DNA of 64,000 nucleotides from an uncultured Alphaproteobacteria bacterium (GCA_963851225.1 CAWKON010000008.1:56653-120652), one strand, 5' to 3'; shown: positions 33,722 to 45,318, counted from the stretch's first letter. Notes: generated from the sequence alone by a model not told the origin. Program-made: numbers and translations.

Positions 33722-35168
33722 TAGCACTACTTTGGCAGTTTGGTTTCGACGGCGTTGGCGAGGAGTTTCTCACGGTGGGGGCATCGCCTGGGTGGAGGCC
33801 GTGCGAAGAGGTCGAGGATGGCTTGCCTGATGGCCGGCATGCTTGGTTGTGGCGGCGGCCCCCCAATTCTTTTTTTTCCGTCCCGCTGCTTTGAGGCGGC
33901 GGGATTGGAGGAAGGCATAGGCGATCATGGTCATCAAGGCGTGCCGGTGTAACCCGGTCCAGGATCGGCCTTCGAAGTGGTCGAGGCCAAGTTCCTCCTT
34001 GAGCTGCTGATGCGCCTGCTCACAGACCCATCTGGCTTTGATCGTGGCGGCGAGCATCTTGAGGCTCGCATCGGCTGGTAAGTTCGACACATAGTATTTT
34101 CGCTCGCCAGTCGACCGGCGTTCGCCGACGAGCCAGACCTCGTCGCCCGGCATGCACTGCATACGATTATCGAGCATGCGGTGCTTATGGCCATCCGCAA
34201 CGCGGACACGGCGGGCCGCGAAGAGACATGTCAGCCGACCTTTGGTGCCTCGCCGCCAGCTGACCTTTTGCCATTTCCCACCGGCCAACAACGCTTCAGC
34301 AGAGACCGGGGGCTGATCAGGGATGTGGTATTTGCGGGGCTTTCCGGCCTTCGCGACGGGGAAGATCAGGGCAACGTCGGCGGGATAGACGTTCTGGGCG
34401 GGCGACAGACCCACCGCCCACAGCAGACCGCGCTCGCTCAAGGCCTGACGGAAAAGCCCGCTGGAGCCGTACCCTGAATCGGCAAGCACACAACCGAAGC
34501 GCGCACCGGAGGCGATGACGCGATCGATCTCCGCGACCGCAATTTCCGTCTTTGTCAGAGCAGTCTGTCTATCCTTCGGCACACCGGCTCGCGCCATGCG
34601 CTCAGGATCATCTGTCCAGCTCTCGGGCAGGAATAGCCGCAGGCCCACCATCACCGGCACCTCGCGCGACGCTAACGTTACCGAGACCAGCGACTGACAG
34701 TTGGCAGTCTTTCCAAGCGACGAGGCATATTGTGGCGCGACGCCAACCGAGTGGCGTCCCTTCTTGGGCAACGCCGTATCATCGATGACAAGAAACCCCG
34801 CCTCATCGCCAACCAGGCCATCTGCCTCCTTCAACAGGGCAGCCTCGAGTGGAGCACTGTCCCAAACTCCGGCAGCGACGAAATGATGAAGCTGGTCGTA
34901 GCCGACCTCGCCAGCGCGCGCCGCCATCGGCTGAACGCTCTTGCGGTCTCCTGGACCAATCAAACCCGCGACATAGAAAGGGCACATCCGCGCCCGCGTC
35001 TTGTGCCGTAACGCCGCGACAAACGGCGCAAGCCAGCGATCGAGATCGACTTGCCAGTCCACGTCCATTGATCGGCCCTCCAAGCCGACCTCTCATGAAT
35101 CACGCAAAACCTCCCTTGGGAATCCAAAAAACTCGCCCATCCCTAAAAATCTGCTAAAGTAGTGCTAA
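33722..35168 (-). mobile_element. IS701-like (IS4 superfamily) insertion sequence, ~1.45 kb
   Basis: 17-bp terminal inverted repeats TAGCACTACTTT(G/A)GCAG at 33722.. and, as reverse complement, at ..35168. A single DDE transposase ORF lies inside. Confidence 0.7.
33770..35068 (-). CDS. IS701-family DDE transposase
   Basis: MDVDWQVDLDRWLAPFVAALRHKTRARMCPFYVAGLIGPGDRKSVQPMA is a typical IS701-type N-terminus. 432 aa and intact. Confidence 0.7.
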   Translation of the reverse strand: MDVDWQVDLDRWLAPFVAALRHKTRARMCPFYVAGLIGPGDRKSVQPMAARAGEVGYDQLHHFVAAGVWDSAPLEAALLKEADGLVGDEAGFLVIDDTALPKKGRHSVGVAPQYASSLGKTANCQSLVSVTLASREVPVMVGLRLFLPESWTDDPERMARAGVPKDRQTALTKTEIAVAEIDRVIASGARFGCVLADSGYGSSGLFRQALSERGLLWAVGLSPAQNVYPADVALIFPVAKAGKPRKYHIPDQPPVSAEALLAGGKWQKVSWRRGTKGRLTCLFAARRVRVADGHKHRMLDNRMQCMPGDEVWLVGERRSTGERKYYVSNLPADASLKMLAATIKARWVCEQAHQQLKEELGLDHFEGRSWTGLHRHALMTMIAYAFLQSRRLKAAGRKKKNWGAAATTKHAGHQASHPRPLRTASTQAMPPP

Positions 35169-35185
35169 TGCGTCAGCAGCAGACG

Positions 35186-36463
35186 TTACGCGAAGGCTTG
35201 GCTAATGTCGGCGATAAGATCGTCAGGATGCTCGATCCCGATCGATATACGAACCAATGACGGAGTTATTCCGATTTCACGACGGGCCTGTTCCGTGAGC
35301 CCGGAATGCACTGTCGTCTCGGGATGACAAATCAAGGATTCCGTTCCGCCCAGACTGACCGCCAATTTGAATACTTGAAGGCGATTGAGGAAAGCGAACG
35401 CCTCCGCTTGATTTCCTTTGACGTCGAAGGAGAACGTCGAGCCGGCCGAACTGGACTGCCGCTCCATCAACTTTCGCGTGGGATGATCGTTGGGAAGCAA
35501 GGGCGGATAATGGACGCACGCCACCTTGGGGTGACTGGCGAGAAAGTTCGCCACGGTCGCGGCATTGCTGGCCGCTCGCCTCATCCGAAGCGAAAGTGTC
35601 TCCAGAGAGCGCGCCAACATCCAGCACGAATGCGGATCGAGCTGCGTGCCGATGGCGCTGCGCATCGCGCGAATGGGCTTCAGATCTGCGGCAGAGCCTA
35701 GAATTGCGCCGCCAATGAGGTCGCTATGACCACCAACATATTTCGTGAGAGAATAGAGCGACAAATCAGCGCCATGTCGGAGAGGCGATTGAAACACAGG
35801 CCCGAGGAGCGTGTTGTCGCAACAGACAATGGGTCGCGAGCCTTGGCTGCGTGTGATGTCGTCCGCAATTCGACTGACCAGCGCGATGTCGACGAGGCTG
35901 TTCATCGGATTTGACGGCGTCTCGATAAAAATCATTGCGATGCGCCCATCGGCACGGGCGCGCTTGGCGGTCGCGCGAATTTTTTTCTCGTTGAGTCCGT
36001 CTGCAAAGCCGACGCCTTTGACACCAAAGGGCGCAAGGGTCTTATCGATGAGAACTTCCGTGCCGCCATAAAGTGGCCGGCTATGTAAGACCGTTTCGCC
36101 CGGTCGCACATAAGCAAGCATCAGCGTGATGATGGCCGCCATGCCGGAAGCAAACACTAGCCCGCTTTCCGCCTTTTCGTGGATCGCGAGCCGATCCTCG
36201 ACGATTTCCAGGTTCGGATGATTGAAGCGAGAATAAACGAGGCCGGTTTCTCCTTCGACCGGAGGCGCGCGGCGTCCAGCCATATAGTCGAAAAAATCGC
36301 GACCCTGTTCTGCTGTTTGGAAGACGAAGGTAGAAGTCAGAAACACCGGCGGCTTGACCGACCCTTCCGAGAGACGAGGATCATACCCGTATCCGAGCAT
36401 CAGCGTTTCGGCATTCAACTCGTGTTCGCCAATTTTAATTTGGTGATAGCGCGCGGTGGCCAT
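35186..36463 (-). CDS. PLP-dependent Cys/Met-metabolism enzyme (cystathionine gamma-synthase/beta-lyase/methionine gamma-lyase family)
   Basis: PLP-lysine motif [15 protein letters not shown], plus GMAAI and ETPSNP blocks. The start is taken at MATARYH. Confidence 0.8.
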   Translation of the reverse strand: MATARYHQIKIGEHELNAETLMLGYGYDPRLSEGSVKPPVFLTSTFVFQTAEQGRDFFDYMAGRRAPPVEGETGLVYSRFNHPNLEIVEDRLAIHEKAESGLVFASGMAAIITLMLAYVRPGETVLHSRPLYGGTEVLIDKTLAPFGVKGVGFADGLNEKKIRATAKRARADGRIAMIFIETPSNPMNSLVDIALVSRIADDITRSQGSRPIVCCDNTLLGPVFQSPLRHGADLSLYSLTKYVGGHSDLIGGAILGSAADLKPIRAMRSAIGTQLDPHSCWMLARSLETLSLRMRRAASNAATVANFLASHPKVACVHYPPLLPNDHPTRKLMERQSSSAGSTFSFDVKGNQAEAFAFLNRLQVFKLAVSLGGTESLICHPETTVHSGLTEQARREIGITPSLVRISIGIEHPDDLIADISQAFA

Positions 36464-36756
36464 GGCAATTCCTTTCGAAAGGTATCGGGCAACCCTTGCC
36501 GACTGTTCACCGTTCGACACGGGAGAAGGTAGAGAACTCACCGATCATTTCCTACGGCCAGTGCCGCAGGTCGTGGCTGCAGGATTAGCGCGCACAGTGT
36601 GACTGACTAACTCCTTGGATTTTGATATAGGTTCGATAATGCCAATGCCTTCAAAATTTTCTACGCCCGCAATGCATTGCTCTGTCTGCCACGTTGCTTG
36701 ATTGATCAAGGCTTGCTGGAGCGAACTGGTTCTGTGCTAGATTGGACGGGTCCGAA

Positions 36757-38130
36757 ATGCTTGAGACTGTAGCGAACGAACACGATCCGGGCGTGACTTC
36801 TGAGCAGGCACCAAAAAAAGACGTGCCACTTCACGAAATCGTGATCGTCGGTGGTGGAGCTGGGGGATTGGAACTTGCTACGGGCCTGGGCAACACGCTT
36901 GCAAGGAAAAGGAAGGCGCGGGTTACGCTCGTCGACAAAGCGCGTGCGCACCTCTGGAAGCCGCTTCTACACTCCGTGGCAGCCGGCAGCCTCGATTTTG
37001 ACGAGCATGCGCTCGATTATCTTGCCCAAGCGCATTGGCATGATTTTGGCTATCGCTTTGGAGAAGTGATCGGACTCGATCGCAGCCGCAAACAGATCCA
37101 ACTTGCGGCGACACATGATGAGGAGGGCATCGAGATCACTCCACCGCGATCGATACACTATGACACGTTGGTCATCGCGATCGGCAGCATCACGAACGAT
37201 TTCGGTACGCCTGGAGTGAGCCGGCATGCCATCGCCCTTGAGACACCCGACCAGGCGATGCAGTTCAACCATCGACTTGTCAACGCGTGCATTCGCGCAG
37301 ATGCGCAGCCCCATCCGGTGCGTCCGGGACAGCTCCACGTCGCCATCGTCGGCGCGGGCGCGACTGGAACCGAGCTGGTGGCTGAGCTCCATCGGACCAC
37401 GCGCGAGGTCGTCGCCTTTGGCCTCGACCGCATCGATCCAGAAAGAGATATTCATATCACTCTGATTGAGGCTGCCGATCGAATCCTTCCCGCATTGCCA
37501 CCGCGGATATCCGATGCCACGTTCGGGCTGTTGAAGAGCCTCCGCGTCGATGTAAGGACGAACTCAAAAGTAACTGAGGTTCGCGCTGACGGTGTACAAC
37601 TTGCCGATGGCGGATTCATTCCTTCCGAACTTGTGATCTGGTGCGCCGGTGTGAAGGGCCCGGATGTCCTCAGCCGATTGGATGGTCTCGAGACCAACCG
37701 GATAGGCCAACTCGTCGTCACCCCGACTCTTCAGACCACTCACGATCCCGATATTTTTGCGATCGGCGATTGCGCGGCCTGTCCTCAGCCAAGCGGCGAC
37801 GGAGACGTCCCACCACGGGCTCAGGCCGCCCATCAACAGGCGTCGCATCTCATCAGGCAGCTTCCGCGGTGGCTGAGAGGAGAACCGCTAAAACCCTACG
37901 TCTATCGCGACTTCGGCTCGCTTGTTTCGCTCGGTCGGAGCACCGTCGGAAATCTGATGGGATTTCTCGTCGGGAGGAGTTTTTTCATCGAAGGCTACTT
38001 CGCGCGTTTGATGTATCGTTCCCTCTACAAGATGCACGAGGCTGCCCTGTACGGAATCCCGAACGTGATACTCGGAACAATTGCCCGAAGCTTTGGCCGG
38101 CGTAACGCGCCCGTGGTGAAGCTTCATTAG
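36757..38130 (+). CDS. ndh: type II NADH dehydrogenase (NDH-2)
   Basis: Two GXGXXG dinucleotide folds (IVIVGGGAGGLELA and VAIVGAGATGTELV) and AIGDCA near the C-terminal membrane-anchoring region. Confidence 0.85.
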   Translation: MLETVANEHDPGVTSEQAPKKDVPLHEIVIVGGGAGGLELATGLGNTLARKRKARVTLVDKARAHLWKPLLHSVAAGSLDFDEHALDYLAQAHWHDFGYRFGEVIGLDRSRKQIQLAATHDEEGIEITPPRSIHYDTLVIAIGSITNDFGTPGVSRHAIALETPDQAMQFNHRLVNACIRADAQPHPVRPGQLHVAIVGAGATGTELVAELHRTTREVVAFGLDRIDPERDIHITLIEAADRILPALPPRISDATFGLLKSLRVDVRTNSKVTEVRADGVQLADGGFIPSELVIWCAGVKGPDVLSRLDGLETNRIGQLVVTPTLQTTHDPDIFAIGDCAACPQPSGDGDVPPRAQAAHQQASHLIRQLPRWLRGEPLKPYVYRDFGSLVSLGRSTVGNLMGFLVGRSFFIEGYFARLMYRSLYKMHEAALYGIPNVILGTIARSFGRRNAPVVKLH

Positions 38131-38365
38131 AGCGTATCCCGAATAAATAGACCCAAATTCCGATCAGCACCGGAGAAGCCCGCAGGAATATATAGCGACA
38201 ACGCAGCAGCAACAATGTGCGAAACTGGGGCGATAGCCGTGCGACATTGTTGCGGCGTTGTCGCCCATCAACTGCTATTCTATAAAGGTATCGTCAGTAG
38301 TGAGATGGTTCATCAGCAAATTCTATCCGCATGTGAGCCTCGAATTTTAGGGAAGAGTGCAGGCT

Positions 38366-38728
38366 ATGACCAAGATCCCCTATGAAATCCCCGCCGAAAT
38401 CCGTGACTTGACCGCGAAAACCGTCGAGGAGGCCCGCAAGGCCTTCGGAAGTTTTATTGAGGCTGCTCATAAGGCAACCGCGCAGGCGGAAGACACCGCA
38501 ACCGCCCTGCAATCGAGCGCCAAGGACGTCAGCGCAAAGGCACTCAGCTTTACCGAGGCGAATTTGAAGGCGGCGTTCGATCACGCCCAGAAGCTCATTC
38601 AAGCGAAGGATCCCCAAGAAATCCTCGCCCATCAGTCCGAATATGTGAAGAAGCAGCTCGCCGCAATGGAGGAGCATGCGAAGGAGCTAGGCACCGCTAT
38701 CCTGAAAGCCGTGAAGCCGGACAAGTAA
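38366..38728 (+). CDS. phasin (PHA granule-associated protein)
   Basis: ~120-aa all-helical Ala/Lys/Glu-rich protein (MTKIPYEIPAEIRDLTAKTVEEARKAFGSFIEAA...), typical of alphaproteobacterial phasin family. Confidence 0.75.
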   Translation: MTKIPYEIPAEIRDLTAKTVEEARKAFGSFIEAAHKATAQAEDTATALQSSAKDVSAKALSFTEANLKAAFDHAQKLIQAKDPQEILAHQSEYVKKQLAAMEEHAKELGTAILKAVKPDK

Positions 38729-38890
38729 TCACGCCCTTCGTCTTGTAAGGACGAACTCAATGGCAATCCCGCGCCAGAGTGATGAGCTGCTGGCAGCGGA
38801 GGAGTTCCTCGCGAGTATAATTATCCTGTCGCGTATTTGAACTTTAGCAAGTTGATCGAGGCAATCATTCATTCTGAAAGGGACGCTACA

Positions 38891-39910
38891 ATGACCGGTC
38901 CGGCGACACAACAACCCACGCCGCAGTTGTTCTTTCAGACAATCAACTCGTATCAACGCACCGAAGCATTGAAGGCCGCGATCGAGCTCGAAGTCTTCAC
39001 GGAGATTGGAAAAGGCAGCTCCGCCGTTCCGGAGATTGCTAAGCGATGCCAAACGTCAGAACGAGGCATGCGCATCCTTTGCGACTATCTGTGCATCATG
39101 GGATTTCTCGCGAAAGACGGCGGGCGTTACAATTTGACTCAAGACACCGCCGTGTTTCTTGATAAGCGCTCGCCGGCATACCTCGGAGGTGCGATCGATT
39201 TTCTGCTGTCGCCCATGCTGACGGACGGATTTAAGGATCTGGCTGCGGTGGTCAGAAAGGGTGGCGCCGTTATCTCCGAGGAAGGCATGGTCGCTCCGGA
39301 GCATCCTATCTGGGTGAAGTTTGCCCGCGCGATGGCCCCGATGATGGCGATGCCTTCGCAATTGATGGCCAAACTGGTGGACGAAAAGGCGGATCGAAAT
39401 CTGAAGATTCTTGATATCGCCGCCGGCCATGGATTGTACGGAATCGCCTTTGCGAAAAACAATCCGCGGGCAGAAATCGTCGCGTTGGATTGGGCGCCCG
39501 TGTTGGAAGTCGCGAAAGAGAACGCGCGCAATGCCGCGGTTAGCGATCGTTACAGTACGATTGAAGGCAGCGCGTTTGATGTCGACTATGGCAGCGGGTA
39601 CGATCTGGTGCTGCTGACGAACTTCTTGCACCACTTCGACATGGTCACTTGCGAAACATTGCTCCGCAAGGCAAAGGCAGCCCTCGCTGACGGCGGTCGC
39701 GCTGTGACATTAGAGTTTGTGCCGAACGAGGATCGAATCTCGCCGCCGGAGGCTGCGGGGTTTAGCATGGTGATGCTTGGTGGGACCCCGAGCGGCGACG
39801 CTTACACTTTTACCGAGTTAGAACGGATGTTCAGCAACGCCGGATTTGCGCGCAGCGAAATTCATCCTTTGCCACCGTCGATTGAGCAGGTGGTGATCTC
39901 GCATAAGTAG
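38891..39910 (+). CDS. class I SAM-dependent O-methyltransferase (family 2, N-terminal dimerisation/wHTH + Rossmann MT domain)
   Basis: SAM motif [16 protein letters not shown], motif [10 protein letters not shown], and an N-terminal wHTH region ([19 protein letters not shown]). Confidence 0.8.
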   Translation: MTGPATQQPTPQLFFQTINSYQRTEALKAAIELEVFTEIGKGSSAVPEIAKRCQTSERGMRILCDYLCIMGFLAKDGGRYNLTQDTAVFLDKRSPAYLGGAIDFLLSPMLTDGFKDLAAVVRKGGAVISEEGMVAPEHPIWVKFARAMAPMMAMPSQLMAKLVDEKADRNLKILDIAAGHGLYGIAFAKNNPRAEIVALDWAPVLEVAKENARNAAVSDRYSTIEGSAFDVDYGSGYDLVLLTNFLHHFDMVTCETLLRKAKAALADGGRAVTLEFVPNEDRISPPEAAGFSMVMLGGTPSGDAYTFTELERMFSNAGFARSEIHPLPPSIEQVVISHK

Positions 39911-40136
39911 TTGTTACTTCCTTTGGAGACTGTCCGGCCAAGACCCGCGCAAGCTATAATATTCGAGCGGATTGTTATGGCGGTCCGGATGCGGCACCAT
40001 GCAGTTCGCCGCAGGCTTCGCAGCGCCCCTCGACTTTTTGGAGGCACCGTTATTTCGTGGCCAGTGAAGACACGCCGCCTGTTACCATCCTGGCGAAAAG
40101 AGGCTCACTTCTTTAGGATCACGATCTGATTTGTCT

Positions 40137-40304
40137 CTACGGCAGCGTCGCAATGATGGTAGTGACTGCCGCCAATTGAGCATTCAGAGCCGTCTCCAAC
40201 TCCTGGAAGGCGGCCTTGATTTCCGATGGCGTCCCGCAACTGCATTGATCGACGAGCTGAGCGACGACGCTATTGATTTTGTCCGTAATGGTTTCTGTTG
40301 CCAT
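40137..40304 (-). CDS. candidate small protein (55 aa) MATETITDKINSVVAQLVDQCSCGTPSEIKAAFQELETALNAQLAAVTTIIATLP
   Basis: A perfect SD (GAGGAGGtcaaaATG) lies 6 nt upstream. Below the 60-aa ORF-track cutoff. Helical, with a CxC motif. Confidence 0.35.
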   Translation of the reverse strand: MATETITDKINSVVAQLVDQCSCGTPSEIKAAFQELETALNAQLAAVTTIIATLP

Positions 40305-40668
40305 TTTGACCTCCTCTGAATAACCCCTAACTACAGGACTAGATTGGGCGCCCCATTGCGAGGAAAGGAGCTAACTGCGCAAACCGCTAAAGCACGAACT
40401 TTAGCTCGCGTGCTTGACAGAATCGATTCGCTTTTCAAACTCCCCGCCCTGAGACGAATGACGCGTTGTGACGTTAAGGAAACGGCTTTGCCAATCCCAG
40501 AAGGCGGGGTTTCGTGATATGAACGAGGCTGGGTCTATTTTGGGACAAGGCAAGGAAACCCTTCGCGCCACGATTGGGGACGAAACGGCAACATTTAATC
40601 CCGTGCCCACTGATCAGGCGCGGGCACCAAGTAAAAAACATAATACAATCAAAGATTTACAAATCAAC

Positions 40669-40744
40669 TGGCTCCCTGAGCAGGACTCGAACCTGCGACC
40701 GATCGATTAACAGTCGATTGCTCTACCAACTGAGCTATCAGGGA
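40669..40744 (-). tRNA. tRNA-Asn (anticodon GTT), CCA encoded
   Basis: Reverse complement TCCCTGATAGCTCAGTTGGTAGAGC..CGACTGTTAATCGATCG..GGTTCGAGTCC..TCAGGGAGCCA folds as a cloverleaf with anticodon loop CTGTTAA. Confidence 0.9.
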
Positions 40745-40896
40745 TTAGCGTGATGACGCGCCGCGCATATAGCAAGCCCGCGCCGCCTTTGCAAAGCGCC
40801 AACGGCCGCGGCTTCGGCTTTTGCTGGCCGGGAGCGCGCGCCTTGCGGTAAAACCTCATCCTTTGTATAGGCGGGGGCCCCTCTCGTGGCGGCAGA

Positions 40897-40970
40897 GGCC
40901 TCGTGGCGGAATGGTTACGCAGAGGACTGCAAATCCTTCCATCCCGGTTCGATTCCGGGCGAGGCCTCCA
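40897..40970 (+). tRNA. tRNA-Cys (anticodon GCA), CCA encoded
   Basis: GGCCTCGTGGCGGAATGGTTACGCAGAGGACTGCAAATCCTTCCATCCCGGTTCGATTCCGGGCGAGGCCTCCA has acceptor, D, anticodon (CTGCAAA loop) and T arms. Confidence 0.9.
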
Positions 40971-40981
40971 AACAAACGCCT

Positions 40982-43336
40982 TCAGCCGATCGCGGCCTTG
41001 CGCAGCCGCAGGGCGTTGCCGATCACGCTGACAGAGGAGAGCGACATCGCGGCGGCCGCGATGACCGGCGACAGCAGAATGCCGAAGGCCGGGTAAAGCA
41101 CACCGGCGGCGACCGGAACTCCGGCGGCATTGTAAACAAACGCAAAGAAGAGATTTTGCCTTATGTTGCGCATCGTCGCCTGGGAGAGGTGGCGCGCCCG
41201 CAGGATACCCCGCAGATCGCCCTTAAGCAGGGTGACACCCGCACTCTCAATCGCGACATCGGTGCCAGTGCCCATGGCGATGCCGACGTCGGCAGCGGCA
41301 AGCGCCGGGGCGTCGTTGACGCCATCGCCGGCCATGGCAACGATGCGGCCTTGCGCGCGCAAATCTTCGACCACAGCACTCTTCTTGTGAGGCAAAACGC
41401 CCGCCGTGACATCCGCGATGCCGAGCCGGCGTGCCACTGCCTCGGCGGTGGTCTTATTGTCGCCGGTAAGCATGACCACGCGCACGCCTTCGCTTTGCAG
41501 CGCCTTGATCGAATCGGGCGCCCCCGGCTTAACCGGATCGGCGATGGCGAGGAGCCCGGAAGTCTTGCCATCGACGCCCATGAAGACGACGGTGGCACCA
41601 TCTTTCCGCAAAGCGTCCGCCTCTTCGGCAAGCTCTTTCGTACTGATGCCGCTCGCATCGAGAAAACCGGCATTGCCTATCGTAAGTTTACGGCCATCAA
41701 CCTCGCCCAAAACCCCTTTTCCAGCAGGCGCGTCGAACCCTAATGGCTCGGATAATTCGAGCTTGCGCTCCTTCGCCGCTTCGACGATCGCGACCAGCAA
41801 GCGGATGTTCGCTGGCCCGCTCCAGGCTTGCGGCAAGCCGCAAAAATTCGTCCTCGCCAAGGCCCGCCAAGAGTCCGGATCGCCACGACCTTCGGCTTGC
41901 CTTCGGTAAGGGTGCCGGTCTTGTCTACGACGAGCGTGTCGATCTTTTCCATGCGCTCCAGCGCCTCGGCGTTCTTGATGAGGACGCCCAATTGCGCGCC
42001 GCGTCCAACTCCAACCATGATCGACATCGGCGTTGCGAGGCCGAGCGCGCAGGGGCACGCAATAATCAAGACCGAGACGGCGGCGACGAGCCCGTGGGCG
42101 AAGCGCGGCTCTGGGCCAAGGATCGCCCATGCGGCAAAGGCGGCAACGATGTGGCGATCACCAGGGGCACGAACCAGGCGGCGACCTGATCGGCAAGGCG
42201 CTGGACCGGCGCGCGGCTGCGTTGCGCCTTCGCCACCAGTCTGCACGATTTGCGAGAGCAGCGTATCGCGTCCGACCTTTTCCGCGCGCATGATGAATGA
42301 GCCGGTTTGGTTCAACGTGCCGGCGATGACCTTGGCGCCCGCGTCCTTGCCGACCGGCATGGATTCGCCAGTGACGAGCGACTCGTCGATCGTCGCGCGC
42401 CCTTCGAGAATCGCTCCATCGACCGGCACTTTTTCGCCCGGCCGCACCCGCAGGCGGTCGCCAACAGCGATCGCATCGAGCTGTACTTCTTCGTCGCTCC
42501 CGTCATTGCGGACGCGCCGCGCGCTCTTTGGTGCGAGGTTAAGAAGCGCTTTGATCGCGTTGGAGGTTTGCTCGCGCGCCCGGAGTTCCAGTACCTGGCC
42601 GAGCAGGACAAGAACAGTGATGACCGCGGCGGCCTCGAAATAGATCGCGACCGCGCCGCCGGCGCCTTGGAATGCTTCCGGAAAAAGACCCGGGGCCATT
42701 GTCGCGGCGGTGCTGTAAACCCAAGCAACGCCGGTTCCCATGCGCGATCAGCGTGAACATATTTAGATTGCGTGTTGCGAGCGATCGCGCGCCGCGCTCA
42801 AAAAACGGCCAGCCCGCCCAAAGAACGACGGGCGTGGCAAGAACAAACTGTACCCAATTCGATGTCTCCTGCGAGATCAGCCTGTGAAGATTGAAGAGAT
42901 GACCGCCCATCTCCAAAACCACCACCGGCAGACTGAGCGCGAGCGCGATCCAGAAACGCCTCGTCATTTCGGCAAGTTCGGGATTTGGACCCGCATCCGT
43001 GTTCGTTACATCGGGTTCGAGCGCCATGCCGCAAATCGGACAATGGCCGGGGCCGGTTTGGCGGATCTCTGGATGCATGGGGCAGGTGTAGATGGCGCTT
43101 TCCGGCACTGGCGCCGGCGGTTTCGGCTGCGCGCCTAATGAAGGACACAGGGTTGGCGGCGAATTTTGTTTTGCACCCCTGGCCGCAAAAATAATAGGTA
43201 TGGCCGCCGTATTCGGCGCTGTGCTTGGCGCTGTGCAGGATCGACAGTCCATGCCGCAAACCGGATCCTTTTCTAATTGCGTGGCCTCGCCACCTTTGCC
43301 TGACTGTGCGTGCGGGTGATCATGATGATCGTGCAT
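40982..43336 (-). pseudogene. P1B-type heavy-metal (Cu/Zn-type) translocating ATPase with His-rich/TRASH-type N-terminal metal-binding domains; frame broken >=2-3 times
   Basis: N-terminus MHDHHDHPHAQ, DPVCGM, YTCPMHPEIRQ..CPICGM. The CPC transduction motif ([13 protein letters not shown]), DKTGTLT, GDGVNDAPAL and the C-terminal TMs are spread over ORFs 42539..43336, 41740..42741 and 40982..42130. Confidence 0.8.
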
Positions 43337-43518
43337 CGATCTGCTCCAGGAGGTTCATGCCGGACCGGCGGTCCGCGCAGGGCGACGAATGCAACGGGGA
43401 ATGTTGCTGGCTTGGACCTGAGATTTAATGGCGCTCTCCCAATGTTCCAAGAGACAGCACTCGATAGTCGAATTTTTTGGTGTGCCGGCTAGCCTTCTGC
43501 TGGGCCAAAACTTTAACC

Positions 43519-44197
43519 TTAGCGCCCGCAACTGGGTAAAGCGGCGAGCACCTCCCGACCGAGGATACGTTGTTCTTTCGGCCAGCTCCAAAAATCGCCT
43601 TGGTGCGAGATCGCATCCGCGAGTCTTTGCCGGTAGGCTTCCTTCGTCATTTCGACCGCGCCGAGCGAAGCAAGATGCGGCGTTACGAATTGCGCGTCGA
43701 GCAGGCGGAACCCGCCCTTCGCCAAACGCGCAACGAGATGCACGAGGGCGACTTTCGAGGCGCCGGTTTTGCGGTGAAACATGCTTTCGCCGAAAAACGC
43801 CGCGCCGAGGTGAACGCCGTAGAGCCCGCCAACTAGCGTTCCATCCGCCCAGCTTTCCACGGTATGGACACGGCCTTCATCGAAGAGCTGGCGATAAAGC
43901 AGTTTAATCCGGCCATTGATCCATGTCGATCTCGCGGCCTCATGCGAGGCAGCGCATCCGTCGATCACGGCATCGAAATCGCAATCGATCTCTGATCTCG
44001 AAACGATCGGAGCGGATCGTCTTGGCGAGGCTCTTCGATACGATTAGGCCATCGAGCGGGATAATTCCGCGCTCGTCCGGATCGACCCAGAAAAGATTTT
44101 GGTCGAAAGCGCTTTCCGCCATCGGAAATAGGCCGATGGAATAGGCGCGGAGCACAATATCGCCGGTGATTTCGAATTGGTCGCGGGGACGGCTCAT
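43519..44197 (-). CDS. aat: leucyl/phenylalanyl-tRNA--protein transferase (one frameshift near 43950)
   Basis: [31 protein letters not shown] in ORF 43940..44197. [33 protein letters not shown] in ORF 43519..43968. Confidence 0.8.
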
Positions 44198-44340
44198 CGG
44201 ACAAGATTGAGCGCGCTGGCCGGCGCCGTCAAGCGCGGGTGAGGAAGCCGCGCGGATTTACTGCTTGCCCCCGCGCTTGACAAAAGCATGACCATGCTCT
44301 TTTCCCAGGCTGCGCGGGCAGGTCCGACGGAGCTTTAGCC

Positions 44341-44668
44341 ATGATGGTCTCGACGACGAATGATATAACAGGCTATCAAGATCGCCCGGCATCTCGGCAT
44401 CGTCCGCGGCATCACGGTTCGCTCGCGCAGCGTCGTCGGCAATTTGGTCGGCGGCCTTCAGTCCATGTTCGGCGGCCAGATCGGCGCTTATTTGGAACTT
44501 GCCGAAACCTCGCGGCAGGAGGCCTTCGATCACATGTGCGCCCATGCCACCCAGGCAGGCGCCAATGCGGTTGTTGGGATGCGCTACGACGCCAACGAAA
44601 TCATGGACGGAATTACCGAAGTCCTCGCCTATGGAACCGCGGTTTGGGTCGAGCCTCACGCGGGATAA
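44341..44668 (+). CDS. YbjQ/DUF74 (UPF0145) family protein, frameshift near 44385
   Basis: N-terminus MMVSTTNDITGYQ. The C-terminal part GQIGAYLELAETSRQEAFDHMCAHATQAGANAVVGMRYDANEI matches YbjQ. Confidence 0.6.
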
Positions 44669-44713
44669 CCGGCAACGGCCAGAGCCGATTTCGCAAATTC
44701 AAGAAACCCCGCG

Positions 44714-45247
44714 ATGTTGTCCACCATCGTCTTTTGCGAGGACAAGCCCACGAGCCCGTCTGGCCGCGAATTGGCCGGGCTTTTGGCGCGCACGCTGGCT
44801 TGCCTGGTGACGGCCAAGGTCGAAGGCCTGCTCGGCGACGTCCGGATCGCGGGACCGGCGCGGAACGGCCTTAGCGCTGTCGCCAATCACGCGGGCTGCG
44901 CCCTGATCGAGGCGGAAGACGAGGCGGAGTGGACTTACCTCGCCGTGCAAGCGGCGCGCGGCCCCGATGTTTTTCTGCTTTGTTGCGGGCGGGCTCCTGA
45001 GGCGGGGTTTATCGAGGAAGCCGGCAATTTCTTGGCGGCAAACAGCAAGGCTCAATCGCGTGCCGCTTGGTTGCGCGCGACCCCAGAGAATATCATCGAA
45101 CAGGTTTTCCCTCCCGCGGCACCGCTCGTCGGCCTGATCGCGCAGCGCAGTCTTCTTTTGCGCGCGCCGCGCGGCGGCTTTCAAAAGCTCGCGCGCAGCA
45201 TCGGCCCCGCCGCGACTTTTCAGACGCGGGCGCGCCGGATTGGCTGA
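44714..45247 (+). CDS. hypothetical protein (177 aa)
   Basis: Coding-like composition. The antisense ORF looks spurious. No family recognised. Confidence 0.3.
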   Translation: MLSTIVFCEDKPTSPSGRELAGLLARTLACLVTAKVEGLLGDVRIAGPARNGLSAVANHAGCALIEAEDEAEWTYLAVQAARGPDVFLLCCGRAPEAGFIEEAGNFLAANSKAQSRAAWLRATPENIIEQVFPPAAPLVGLIAQRSLLLRAPRGGFQKLARSIGPAATFQTRARRIG

Positions 45248-45318
45248 CTGGTCTCTTGCTAGTTATGCCCCGAGGTGCTGGGCCAGTAGAAATTGGTTAG
45301 GCCGCATCGGCGAGAAAT

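Noticed and set aside
43337-43518. imperfect dyad CTTGGAC...GTTCCAAG upstream of the copA-like gene, considered as a MerR/CueR operator
   Set aside because: The arms are separated by 26 nt rather than lying within a 19-20-bp -35/-10 spacer. No MerR-family gene is adjacent.
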